From NCBI GenBank assembly GCA_002633005.1, contig NMRA01000080.1:215291-279290 (forward strand): a stretch of DNA of 64,000 nt, given 5' to 3'. The notes beneath the pieces are model-generated. The model saw nothing but the letters and a program-made list of their open reading frames with translations, searched no databases and was not told where the DNA came from. Source of the stretch: Phoronis australis (Eukaryota; Animalia; Phoronida). Below are positions 49,901 to 63,164 of this stretch, piece after piece. Position 1 is the first letter of the stretch. Each line of letters starts with the position of its first letter. The translations under genes were made by a program, and so were the position numbers.

Positions 49901-52900
49901 ATACAATACATGAGAAAATTCACAAATTTCGAATCAGAAATTCATTCAACTTCAGGTTAGATTTCAGTATTCCAAAGTTTGGAAACTGTCCCAAATTGGA
50001 AATTTTTACTTTACCTTTAATTTGGCACAAGCTTATTTTGAATACCAGAGGGTGTGCAGCTAGATTCTGGCCAGTGAAATTTAATACCCGTTTCCTTGGT
50101 CCACACCTGTAAAATACAACCCTACCCTGACTAAAATTTACCCCCGGGTATGAACATTTGCCCTCTCTAATGCAGAACTTCACTGCATGTCGAGTGAACG
50201 ATACCAGTCAAAAATCTCTTAACTCAAATGATTTTGTGATGTGAGGTTAGATACTGTGTCCATTGTCTTCAAGCGTACAGGCTGTTTTGTACTATCTTAT
50301 GCGTTATGAATATGAACATATTTGAACAAGGAAGACTAATGAAGAAACGTGGGGTTTGGTGGTTTGTAATGAACAAGGGGTGGCCTACCTGTTCTTCTCC
50401 TACTAAAGAGGATATGTCTCATGAAATTGTGAATATGCAAATGAAGCACTAGTTTACAAACAACCCCCCCCCCGGGTCTTCCGGTATACCGGAAACCATT
50501 TAAGAACCAGTTACCATAACAATCTCTCGAGACTATTTTTATGTAAATGAGTATGGTAATATGTCATCGTTACCGTAATAAAACATGGTACAGTGTTTAT
50601 TATTTGTTCATTTCAGTATCAATAAATGGTTTTGTAATGTTTGGAATTACTAGGGTTTTCTACATGTCCACAATTGTTTTTAAGTGTATCAGTTGTGGTG
50701 TTTTCTTTAAAACTGTGTTTATTTACAAATCGTTTCTTTTCCTGGTTGTATTTGTATACGCAATTCTCCAGGAAGTCACTAGGTGGCACTTGCTACAAAT
50801 TTAAATATTCATGGTTTTAATGAGACATAGCATATTTTACACCAATGCAAACAAACTTGATTAAAATTGATTGGCTACTACTTAATCACAAGAACATTTA
50901 CGGTTCTGCTTCACATTTTTCTCAAATCTGCCCAGATCCAGAGGTTGTCTGTTTTGTTAATCATTTTACTGGGTTCTTGCTCACTGGGGTGATTGTCAAT
51001 GCATAGACAAAGAGTTAACTTCTCATGATGAGAATCGTTGGCTTCATAAATTGACCATGCAACATTTGCAGACACAGTAAAATACACATAAAATGATTGA
51101 GAGCAAGTCACTAGCTTGCATTGGATCAGCTTGGGCTAATTTCAGTCCCATGTACACTTGAGCACAAATAGGTTTTATAGTTCTGAAGTATAATTTGTTG
51201 ATGAGGTACTAAGAATTTCCAAATGAAGGGCCTTTTTCATGGGACAGTAAACCAACTCTTTAAACAGGGTTAGAAGTCTGCACAGTGAAAGTGTAGAATC
51301 AGGTGCCATACACATCACATGCAAATTGCACGTCAAACATTAACCGCACACATTGAAATTCCAATTGGGTGAGCATTCATCTTTAGTAATACAGGGAATA
51401 TAACTGGATGGAAATCATTCCTTTGAAAGAACTTATTCACTCGAAGATTTGATTTTTTACTTTACGCTTTTCAGTCCGCCATTTGCATTTTTAACCTATT
51501 GGTGAGCTCATGAGCTAAAGCATTCACTTGGCTCATTGGCTGGCATTCGGGTCACTACATGACATCATTGGGTCACTAACTAGGAGTAGAAGATGGCAGA
51601 CGATTTGATTCGTTGTTGTTAGTGGAGGTTAAAAAAGGCGAAATATAACCGATAAGACCGTTTACGGTTTTCTCAATATGTTAGAGGAATTTGATTTGGT
51701 TTGTACAAACACTCTGAACAGGAATGTTCCTCCAATTCTTTTAGTTTATATCCATTTTACCGAGTGGTGAAAAGCTCTCCGGTGGCTTGGGGCGCATCCT
51801 AAAATTTTTTCTGGGTAGTCGACCAACCCCAAGTTCACCAACAAAATTGGACAATACATGCACAAACTCAAACTATCAATATCTGGAAACGGAGCCTTTA
51901 TTTCAATGAAAATTAGAGGCTCTGAGTCTTTAAATTAGGAATGATGCATGAAAGGTCCCTCTTTATTTTCAACAATATTGAAAATTTAAGGTAGAGCTAA
52001 AAATTGGCTTACCAGTAAGTTCCCTTTAAGGGAGGTTGTTTACACCTGAGTGTATTTTGTACCTATGGTATATATTTTTGCCATGTAAATGGAAATATAC
52101 TTGGGTTTAAAGCTACATTTGGGTGTATACTGGTATTTACACCACCTTCGGCAGTCCAGTGGTGTCCATGTAAGTTTACACACGCACAGATATACATCTG
52201 GCACATGTGAATATGACCTAAATAACATGTGAACATGACCCAAAGAAATTATGTACAGATGTAACTGCAGAATTGCTCGGCCAAAAGTGTCATTGAATAT
52301 TATTTCTGTGATCTAATGTCTTCAGACCGCAACGCCACTTTCCTGAAAACATTCAAAAGCAACTGTGTTTTCATTTAGTAAAAGCTACGATCAATGGTTT
52401 GGGCGCAATAATTGAGATGTGTACGCAACTTCCATCTATGCTGTTGCGGAGTCCAATGTTTATTATTCAAATGATTTACATGTGAAATTTTTATACAACA
52501 ATCTCAAGTAATCGACTGTGACTGCTAATTTTACGTTTGCATTTTGTGAACACTGTTGCTTTTGCAACTCTGAATACCATGTCAAAGGACAATTGGTAAC
52601 ACGAGGGCACTGAAAAGTTAAAACATCAAACTCAGTCTTGGCCTATTAACAGATATCAAACCCAGTCTTGGCCTATTAACAGATATTAAAAATGACTTTC
52701 CCATTCAATTCTCTGAAACAAAGTAATGTTCTGTAACCCTGGACACCCCTCAAAAGTTTGTAACAAAATTTGAAAATTCTTTCCAAGTTTGCTAAAGGTG
52801 CAATCGTGACTTACACTTTTGAGAATTACAGGGCAATCTTGGGGAAAGACCACCCACCAAGAACCATAATACCTAATTTGTGAAATAAGGATTATGAGTT

Positions 52901-55900
52901 TTTAATTGATTCCTGCTTTTATCGTTCAAGTTTGATACCATTGATGGCTTAGAATCAAGTCATGATTCATTACATATGGTTGTGTCCCTTTTTGTGACCG
53001 TTTCATCATGAAACTGATTCATTCATGGAATCAACCACAGACAATCATTATTTGTAAGGGCATCCTGGTGGAATTGGGGGTGTTAGTTTACACTGCTGGG
53101 GATAATTTTCTCTGTGGTAAATAACCCCTCATTTCTGGGCTGTTCCTATTTCATTTTTGTGAACAATTTTTTGTGAGTACGGTGTTACCAAGAACATATG
53201 AACAATAATTAATGCGAGCACTTAATGTGAAACATCTACAGTTTTATTACAGATGGTTTCTTTTAAACTCATACTGCCCGACTTGGATAACACCACAGAT
53301 GTTTGAATTTAACTGGCCTTTAATTCTCCCTTTACTTAACACAGATCTGCCCATTCCTCCCTGTTATCATAGTCTGTATGTGTGTGATGCTTGAGTATTT
53401 CAAGTGCTCTTGAAAAAGAAAAATGATGCTAAACATTTTTTATGGAGTGGAGAGCAGAGGATGGCTGTTCATAGGGTGGGACCTCTAATTTGACATTTGC
53501 TTCCGTTTCATAGGTCCTAAAACAGACGTGTGCATGCGGCAAGGAGTTTTCTCTTATGTTATGGATATGAGGAATTCAACCCCTTAACTTAGAACCATTT
53601 ATTCTATGCCATAATTCAGCATTCCAACCTCGCAGACCAATGACTTCAGTGGGTGCCATTTTTGTAGTTTATGACAGTAAAGTCTCAAGCATGCTCATGA
53701 AGCACTCGCCTTTCATTTGCGTGATTTTGCAAGGTCTTGCTTGATCTTGTTTTTTCACAAAGTTCTTGCGTCTTTAAAATGCTGCCCTTGTTTTCCCAGT
53801 AGGTTTTGAAGAGTAAGATTAGAACTGGTTGTTTTGATAATCGTTACATACATGTTGTTCAACCAAAGGTACACATTTGGCCATTTCCCTACATAACTCC
53901 TGCCTTGCTAAATACATCATGTGCCAAGATACCCAGTCATTTTCTATAAACAGTTAAATTGCAGGCTACCCAAACAACATGACTTGCACAGTCATGACTG
54001 ACATAGTTTTGCATTCCTGAATTTAGCTCATACATATGCAGTGTAAACTCAGTTCTTCATAGACCCAGAAATGTGGCCCCGATCTCAAAACCTGGGGTTC
54101 GCATTTAAAAATTTTTACTGCTGGACTGCTAACTCAGCTTCGGCACCTGCAAACACAAGTCTCAGACTGCGCTGAGTCGTCCACACAACTTATTGAATGC
54201 GAGTCAGTGAGGGGTATTTTTTGGGGTGCATTAGCTATGTTTTGTTAGTGCAGGTCTGTCAGTGAGTTGACTCAACATTTTCATGAGCTGTGCTCAGAAA
54301 TACGTGAGCCATATTGTTAGTGAGCCGTATTGTTCGGGTGGCCTGCATAGTCTTGACTTTCTTTCCTTGGAGTGCAATCCTTAGAGCAATATAGATTAGT
54401 TTAGGAAGCAATATTATGGGAAGTGTTATTTCTTTAAGTTTTGTAATTTTTATTTAATTTTTTCATGAAATTTAGTAAGCTCCTAACCAATGCCTTGAAG
54501 TTCTATACCACTGCTACTACCAGACAATGTTCTGCGACATTGGAGGCATTCATAGCAATGTTAGAAGCTTTAAAAAATGAAGAACGATCAAACTTAGCAA
54601 TTGTCTGTGTCTGAAATTGTTGAGATTTCATAGTAGTCGTGTTTGAGTAACAGACTGTTATTACTGATTTTAGTAGAGTAAAAGGCCCATGTTATTTTTG
54701 TTTTAAGCCAGCTAAACATAGCAAAATGCACCTTTATCAACATGAATACTGCCAGTAACTCCTGTTATCTGAAGTTTTTGGTGGCATGTAATTCTGTGGC
54801 ACAAAAGAAAGTTCAAATTTTATTCTGGTACATATTTGGAGCATCCTTCTGTAAACATTGGACCAATTGCTCACCAGACAAAACTTTTCAATGTACCGGT
54901 AGTCATTTTATGTAGAGAGCTTTCAAGCTTTAAAATAACTTTTGTACTCTTGCATACACATTTTAGTGAGACGCAATCATACTTAATTTTATAGATATTG
55001 GCCATTGAATTTCTCATAAACGAATTTTGTGAAAAACAATTGAAATCCAATGTATGAGCAGACGGTCTTACGTAACAGGTACTATAAAGTCTATGATGAG
55101 CATCACTGCATCAGAATGGATATGAAATTGCTGACTGACAGTGTCCTCTAGTGGCTTGATCAGTTCCATTTCTGTGATATCAAGCACTAATCAATACATG
55201 CATGCATATATCTGTTAGTAGACTGCAGCCAACAGCTGGCACTCATGTACTAGTCTGGAATCACTGAATGACTTGTAAACAATGACTCAGATATAACAGT
55301 CTGCCCAAGGGATTTAGCTCACACTTTTGTGAATTGTTTATAAACAGGACCATAACTGCACTCTTTGTAGTCAGCTGGTTCTAAACTTCAAAGCATTTTT
55401 TGAAATACTTGATAATCATTGAAATATGCAGTTTAATGTTGAATGTCGGTGGGGCCTAAGATCCAAAATGAGGGTCAGCTGTCAACATTCAACAAAATTC
55501 AATAGACATGCACCCACACTAAATCTGAATACCATGCTGTATTGTTTACCACACTACCTAATGTTTTCCAAGGTGTAGAATTGGTTTGAGTGCTTGTGCA
55601 CTTCAAGCTGATAGCTGTTGAATCCAAATGTGAAAGTTTACAAGTTTAAGCCATTTTCTGTTATATTAGCTTAATTGTCAGTTTACCAATAGTCGTACTG
55701 GATGAGCTAGCCAACAATCTGTTTGGGCGTTACCCAGCAATGATTGATGTCAGTATTTGAAGGTGACTTGAGATTGTGAAATCTATGGCAATTTGTGTTT
55801 TAGTGTCGGTTCGCAGAACTCCGAGTTTCGTGTCAATTCTCAGAATTGTAATTACGATACTTATCCATGAGTAAGAAATTCAAAAATCAGGGCATGGGTG

Positions 55901-57984
55901 TTATGCCAAGTTCAGTGAAGGATGAGAATTTTGAATTAATTCCCGGTGATCACATTAAATTGACTTAAAGATATTAAAAAGTTTGAGGTTGGACATTCAT
56001 CCAAGATGACGCATGACTATTTAAAAATTACCTTTGTTTTGGGATAGGTGACGAACTGCTGATTCAAGTTTTTGATGCACGCAATTTTTCAAGCCTAATT
56101 GCAATCATTATGTGATAATGTGCTAGTATTATCCGCATGAAATGTGTTATGAAGTCACAGTTATAGCTGGTGTTAAGCTCACGTTTGTAAATTCTGAATA
56201 GCAGGACTTGTATGCTAGACGACTATTGATAGGTAAATTTGGGTATCATAGTTACATGGAGCAACTTGAGAGAAGATGCATAGGACAGGTAAAAATAGAA
56301 AGTCATCTGACATACAATCGTGCTCAGGTGGGATGAAACACTATATTATATAGCAGCATTTCACCCTGTTTAATATCTGGCGGAAAGTCGAATTTATTAG
56401 GCTTTTAACTCTCAAACAGTCAGTCTCACAATATTCCTCATCGTGATAGTATTCTATTTCCGTTACCAACAAGAATACCGAAATCATCAGCGACTCAAGA
56501 AAATGTTTCAGTTTTATTATTTGGATTGAAATTATGCATTCGAAAATGGTGGAAGTAGGAATTGCATGTGACTTAAGTCGGTAACACAAATGAAATCCTA
56601 TTACGGTGATGAATATTATGAAACCAATTTTATGAGAATATAAAGCCTACTGTAATTCAATTTTCATTTTTGCCAGCTGAACAGGTAAGGTCGCAGTGCA
56701 ACTTGATGCAATAGCGTCAGGTGTCACTGTTACCTAAGCCTATCCATTTGATGGATCACTTTCTTGTTAGAGTTGCATCACATATTGAGAAGTATTTCCC
56801 TGTACTAAAGAAAATCATGAACTTTTCATGAGAATTCATGTTCTTAATGAGCTATGCGTCAGATATTCTTTTCTTATTTGCAGTAGAAAGGTTATCTTCT
56901 GACAGATTTTTCTAAAGTTTGATCAATGTTGTTAATCCGTTGCTGTGCTTCTGAACATTGTGTATGTGCGAATACTCTTGGATCTAGGACAGAATATGAA
57001 CGATTTCCACTGAGCCTGTCTGTTTATCGGTGATTAATATTGCCATCATCTTTGCTTATATGCAATGTTATGTCACTAAACACTATACTCCCAATCAAAA
57101 TACAGATAATTTGCAAACCAGCACACTTGGGTTCTGCTTAACAGACATAACAGTGCAGTCACCATGCCGACGACCAGATTATGCTAGCTGGCTACTGACA
57201 GGTTTGAGAGCATTTTTTCATCAATTTTGCATGATAGACGATCAAGCTATTAGATCTTGTGTAATGTTATTCCATTGCATGACGTCATTAGACGATGGTC
57301 TGTAGTTTGCAAAAACGTTTATTCTAGTTTTGGGGATTTTTACCTTGTTTTTAAGCCTTTGGTATGTTTTTCAAGACAGCACAAAAGCTCAAATGGTGGA
57401 CTTCACCGCATTTAGCCCCTTTGAACTTGGACATTTCTTTTGTTCTTCAGCTCATGGTATGTGACAGATTTTATATTGCATGTCATAAATGCATTATGGT
57501 TGACGACATGAGTTTATTTTTGACTTCGTACAAGTTGATGACAGTGCCCCCTGATGTCATAGTTGTTTTCTCAAAAACACAGTGACCTCATGGTGGTTAA
57601 TCTGATCAGGGTTCTTTGCGCTTTGGACAGCGATTAGCTTTTGGGTGCACTTTTTTGTAATTCAATCATACAGGTAAATAAATGTCTCGCAGGTAACATC
57701 AAATGAAACGTCTCCATCAAAAGAGTTTCACAGCATAATATTGGGTAGTTAATGAAGATTTCAAATGAATTACTTTGCAATCAATATTCTAAGCTGGTTT
57801 CAGGCTTCACTGGGACTTGCGGTTGATAGCTAGCTAGATCAGACACGTATAAGCTAACGGCCAGATGATGGACAGTCAACCCTCAGCTAGCTTCCCCGAC
57901 AAACCCAGATTTTTCAACAGCTATTACATTCTGTTTATACCCAATCACGAATGCTCGTCTTCCCTAGATGACACCGCCGAGACA

Positions 57985-60788
57985 ATGAGCACTAGCCGCC
58001 TGAGCGAGCGCCATGATATCCGAGATTTGCTCGATGCTGAGCCAGTGCTAGACTATCTTATCCAGCATGGAGTTATCGACAAAGATCAAGCTCTGAACGT
58101 CAAGAATGAAACGGATAGGAAAAAACAGAATGTGGCACTGGTTAAGTTGATTGAGGACAGTGGATCGCAGGGCTCCAGGCTGCTCGTGAACGCTTTGAGG
58201 CAGGCTGGACAACACAAGTTGGCCAACTCTCTGGATGATGGAGTACGAATCACACCCAGCAAACATGCGGGTAGGTAGCAATAGTACAACTTCTGAAATT
58301 GTTTTGCTGTATTGACCTTTGTTTCACATAAAATTGCATTTGAGAATTCAGATGTACAAAACAGGGATTTAAGTAGTTCAGGATGCAAGGTATTTTGCAG
58401 AAAATGGTTGAGATAAAATGAATCTGTCACTTTCTTTGTCATATTGAAATAAAGATGTTGGTCTTCTATTGTCAGCAAGTATCTGATGTCGAAAAGTGTC
58501 AAATTTATCTTTGTAATCTGAAGAGAACTAATGAAAGCTTTTCAAATATCTTGCTTTGTTTACAGAAAAACGTGCATAAGTCGGATCAAATGTGATTGAG
58601 ACATTTTATCCATTTAAACCAAAATCCAGTTCATTTGAAGTGAGGAGTTCACGAACTAGACCAACTGTTCCGTGTTCAATTTATGCAAGGTTTACTCTAT
58701 TTTTAAAACATTTGGAAGATTATTGAGTAACTTTGATTAGTGTAATTCATGAAATCACTAAGTACTCTTATATTATGCAGGTTATCTGGGAAGGACGCGT
58801 CACAAAGGTGAGTCATTCTAATTATAATTAATTCACAGTCAACGAGATTTCAAGGCTGGCTTCCCAATTATCGTTTCTGCACAGCTTATACACTGAAGTC
58901 TGGTCGGAGACATCTGCCCAGATGACTTATAGGGGCAATTATGAGATAAGGGTGGTAAACCTCCTACTGTTAACCTGCTTTTCGTGTTGAAATGTGCCAA
59001 CAGCTGAAATGCTTGAGTATGCAGTAGTGCCACCTATTGCTTATTTGATGAAAGAGCTGATTCTGTGGCTTTAGTGCTTTCAGTATTACTGTATGTAGGG
59101 CTTGGAATTTTCCTCTTTTAACAGAACTTCATCTTTTTTGGTTTCGATTTCGTTTTATTTAATTTCCAGTTTCCCTATTTTTTGTCTCTTTTCTGCCATT
59201 ATTTTGACCTTTTTCTCGCAGAATTTTTATTTCCAGTAAATTTGGAACACAAAAATATTTCTGTCTCACAAGTCTATTATTTCTGGAACGATGCATCACC
59301 TGGAAAATTTTCTTCTTTTTTGTCATTGGTCATTCCAAGCCCTGATTATGTTAACTTTAATTTAATAGTGAAGTGAACATGTGTCTAATTAACCTTGTCT
59401 GTAAATTTTCATAGGTTAGGTTAAATTCAGTTTGACAGTTTGGTACTTAATGGTCTAACAATTTTACAAACAATAAAAAATAGCATATTTAGTACTGAAA
59501 AGTGATTCTGTGCCACCAATCACCTAAGAAGTAACGAAATTTACGGTAGTATGGCTCAGCTGATGTTTCTTGTCTCTCTCCTGAAAACTCAGTTAAATAA
59601 TGTTATGGTTACCTTTATAATCCATGAATGTGTATGTCAGTTTGATTTACAGTTTTGGGTTTCCTTGTGTTCTGAGCGCAGTAGAACCAGTAACACAAAT
59701 TGTAAATATAAATGAGGTTGAAAATCCAGAAATGCTGATTTGTTTTAAAATTCTGTCAGTTGTAATTATCCTCATTTAAAGCTATATTATGCTGTATTTT
59801 AAAGGTATGACTACTACCTTGGGACATCCCACTTCACACAATGGCGAGTGTGAAAGCATCGATTTAATATGATGCATTGCAGAAATCCAGTCCTAACGTA
59901 CTCATTCTTATTTTATCTTACTTTGAAGTTGACTATTTTTGACCAGCAGGAGCGGAGCTCAATGTGACTTTGATAGGGTTGTGTTTCTAACAAGTTTTGC
60001 TCTTCACAGGTCAGCTAGGACTTCAGATCAGAGTGCGTGCAATATGTGTTCCTGCTCTGAAGGCATCTATTTCCAATACAACTACGTCTGAGACCGAGTG
60101 GATCATAACACAGGAAAAACGTCCAGCCAACAGTTTACCACGACCATCGGCGCTCAACAGGCAATCCATGCTGTTTTTGGAGTACATCGAACCTCGTGTA
60201 GTTGAAGAGGAAGACGACAGGGGGTGCTGCTGGTTCTGTTGTCGGAAACCAAAAAGAAAACAGGAAGATGTGGTGGTTGTCCGCCGGTGCAGCGACCCTT
60301 CCAGGACCAGTGAACTTGTCATAAATAGCTTGCTTAAGGAAAAAATGACACAAAAAGAGGACCATAATGAAAATGTGGATAGTGGAAAGCAGAAAAACAA
60401 CCACAGCAAAACTCTTCTACCAGAGGGAGTGAAAAGCAGACAGGTGATATTCAAAGAGAAGACTGGGAAATTTTACGAAATTCTCGGCAATAGCAAAAGT
60501 CCGGCCCACACACGCTTGTTAAAATATTTTGAGCAAGAGCGAGGAATCCTCGTGCTTAGCATGATGCAACAGGCCACGGGTGTCGTCGTGGTGACAATAT
60601 GTACCCAGATGTCGCACATGAACCAGATACGTGACGACTACTGTTCGGGTGAACTGAATACGTGCATCGAAGATCGCGTGGTGACGGGGGATGTTTTGAA
60701 GCAGACGGAGGTGCTTGGAATGCAGCTTGAGATATTCTTAGATGTGCAAGAACTTGATATTGTGGAGCAGGAACTGTGTAGTAGTTAA
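57985..60788 (+). CDS. CARD-domain protein with Cys-rich/basic insert and probable TRADD-N-like C-terminal domain (about 363 aa)
   Basis: Exons 57985-58270 (acceptor ctag| at 57967; CARD-like IRDLLDAEPVLDYLIQHGVI...DRKKQNVALVKLI..G..G...LVNALRQAGQHKLANSL), 58781-58807 (27-nt microexon), 60010-60788. Phases 1-1, 1092 nt; AATAAA at 60806. The true N-terminus may extend into an upstream exon. Confidence 0.8.
59096..59344 (-). mobile_element. Older, internally deleted copy of the CAGGGCTTGGAAT-TIR element
   Basis: tagggcttggaattttcc ... ttgtcattggtcattccaagccctg, in reverse orientation relative to 14556-15066. Confidence 0.7.
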
Positions 60789-61686
60789 AAACATATTGTT
60801 TGGTTAATAAAAGCTCCTAAAGGCAGATTGTGTTTAGGGTTTGGCTTTGCTTCGAGCTCTGTACAAATGGTAGTTTTGAACTTGTTTAGTTTTGAATAGG
60901 TTATTTTAAAAATGGAACGATACAAAAAAGTTAAATGGAAATTGTTTAAAAACAGACAAAATGATCAGATATTAACTGATATTCTACGGGGTTTTTTACA
61001 AAAAACTACTGTAACTACACAATGACTGGTGAAGGTGTTGTGCAAGTCGTGTAACCGAACGTATGGCTACTGTGGTCTCTGGCGGTGATTAGAATAGTTT
61101 TAGGCGAGTTTTCTCTACAGAGATGCCTTAAGCAGAATTAAAATATGTTCAATAACGCAAACATTTAATAAATATTCACATTTAATAAATATTCAGCAGG
61201 TAGAACTGAAATTAGGAGACCTCTTGGAGTTTGTGCAGGTGGCTATTGTGAAATTAGTTGCAGTCAGTCTAGACGTTTACGTTTTTTTATAATTACAGGT
61301 ATAATTTAAGCAGTGACTAAGAATACTATACAGATATGGAAATTTGATGTGAAGTAGAATTTACTTTAGAATGACTGGAATAATTTATCCATGTCTGCTC
61401 TTGTTGAATATTATCCTACTTTCATTTTAGCCAGGTAATGTGCAATATCAAGTGGATTTTATAATTCTAGACTTCTTCAAAGATATACCCGGTATGTATA
61501 TTATGTACCTCTAGGTAATGCTCTACTCAAGATAATTTTTGTTTGTGATTGGAACTGCTCATATTTAATCGTTATGGTACATATATTGTACATATTCTGT
61601 ATGAACGTGTGGACATGATGAAGGATAGTAACAAGATTTCGGCTACATGTTGTGAGGTCAACGTGTTCCATGACAAGGAAGGCATT

Positions 61687-61710
61687 NGGGGGGGGGGGGG
61701 GGGGGGGGGG
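61687..61710. repeat. Poly-G tract next to an N
   Basis: 24 consecutive G; possibly a sequencing or assembly artefact. Confidence 0.8.
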
Positions 61711-62941
61711 TGAGGAGGGTTGTCCCGTAAGAGAAGCTCCTAGAAACGTACCGTCATCTTGAGTGGGTGTTTTCCCTCTCAGGTAGGTAATGTCAATTAT
61801 CGTCTAGTGGATGGCCAGGGTATTTTGGCTTTATTTTGTTACATCATCTCAGCCTGCCACTTGTTACCGCTTCGGGTGCTTATTTTCTTTCTTGTCCATG
61901 TAGTATTTTGGTCTGGATTTTGAACCTGTAGTGGCGGCCCCTTCCACTCTCCATGCTCAAGGGCCCCAGACGCTGTTGTTTCTTGTTTTTTTGTGTCAAG
62001 ACCTAGTAGTCTGTGCCATTAATTGTCTACAGGTGACTGATAATCGATGATTTGCAAGTTAATTGTTTATGTTTCAGTAGTAGTCATGGTATAATTGGTT
62101 CCAGTGCACGATTTGTACGTTTTTGGAATTGGGAAATATTTTTAATCTTAACACATGGTGATATGTAAATATGGGGAATAATTAAATTATACTGTGTGTA
62201 TGAATGAACTATAGAGTGTGTTAAACCAATGAAATTTGCTCTTTTTGTGATACTTGCCACGGATGGGAGGGCTAGTTAGTGCAAGTAGGTGATACAGGAT
62301 ATTAGCTTCACTCTTTTCATTGTAAATTAAAGGAATTCGCGGAATCTAATTGCGATAGAGGATTTAGCAGGCGAACTTTGTGCATTCATTCAATCAAGAC
62401 TTTTCTTTATATCGAACTAAAGAGGAGCTCATGGCTTTCTGGTGTGGTGTGCTGAGGGTTGTCGGGTTTGACCAAAGTAATTGCAACATATGAGGAAATG
62501 AGGTGCTCAAATAACTGTGCGCGTGCGTGGTTGTAAAGCTTTATTGTACTCCATTTATCAGAATAAATTGCTTATTTAAATGGTCTACCTTAACACTGAG
62601 TTGCTCGTTCGCGAGTAAGAGTATGGACACTTTAATTGTGTGTGATTTTATCACATGATAAGGCGCTTGCATCTTCAGCAACAATGAGGTACAAAATTTA
62701 GTTGGATTCTACCCACAAATGATCTGATTTTCCGGTGTTTGTAATTACGGTGTACATTACGAACATCGCGTGGAGAGTAAAATCTAATGGCATTGTTACC
62801 TTTCAAGCGGCTATGAACCCGCCTTCAGTCACAAAATTAACATTTGATTTAGAACTGTAATAAAATTGGTCTCAAAATTTCTTTTAGTCAAAGGAGTTAA
62901 TTTCTGGGCTTGGAGAGAACAGAGATTATTGCTCGAGACAA

Positions 62942-63164
62942 GGCGCCCGTTCCAAGAAACTGACTTGAGTTTATTTTTTACTTTCGAACTTTTAAACTTC
63001 CGCGTCCGGTGAGTCAAACTTCAGACAAAACTTGAGACAAGAACTTAAGTCAAAGTTAAAGTCTCTTTCTTGAAATGGACTTGAGGTAGGTTTAAGTTTT
63101 ATCTTAAAATTGCATGAAATTTAAGATTTGTCTCATCTTGGTCAGTTTTCTTGGAACGGAACCC
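62942..63164. mobile_element. MITE, same family as 13656-14125; another copy starts at 63808
   Basis: TIRs gcccgttccaagaaactgac / gtcagttttcttggaacggaaccc. Confidence 0.65.

Noticed and set aside
57985-60788. Calling the CARD gene APAF1, a caspase or an NLR
   Set aside because: No NB-ARC/NACHT P-loop, WD40/LRR repeats or QACRG motif before the stop codon.
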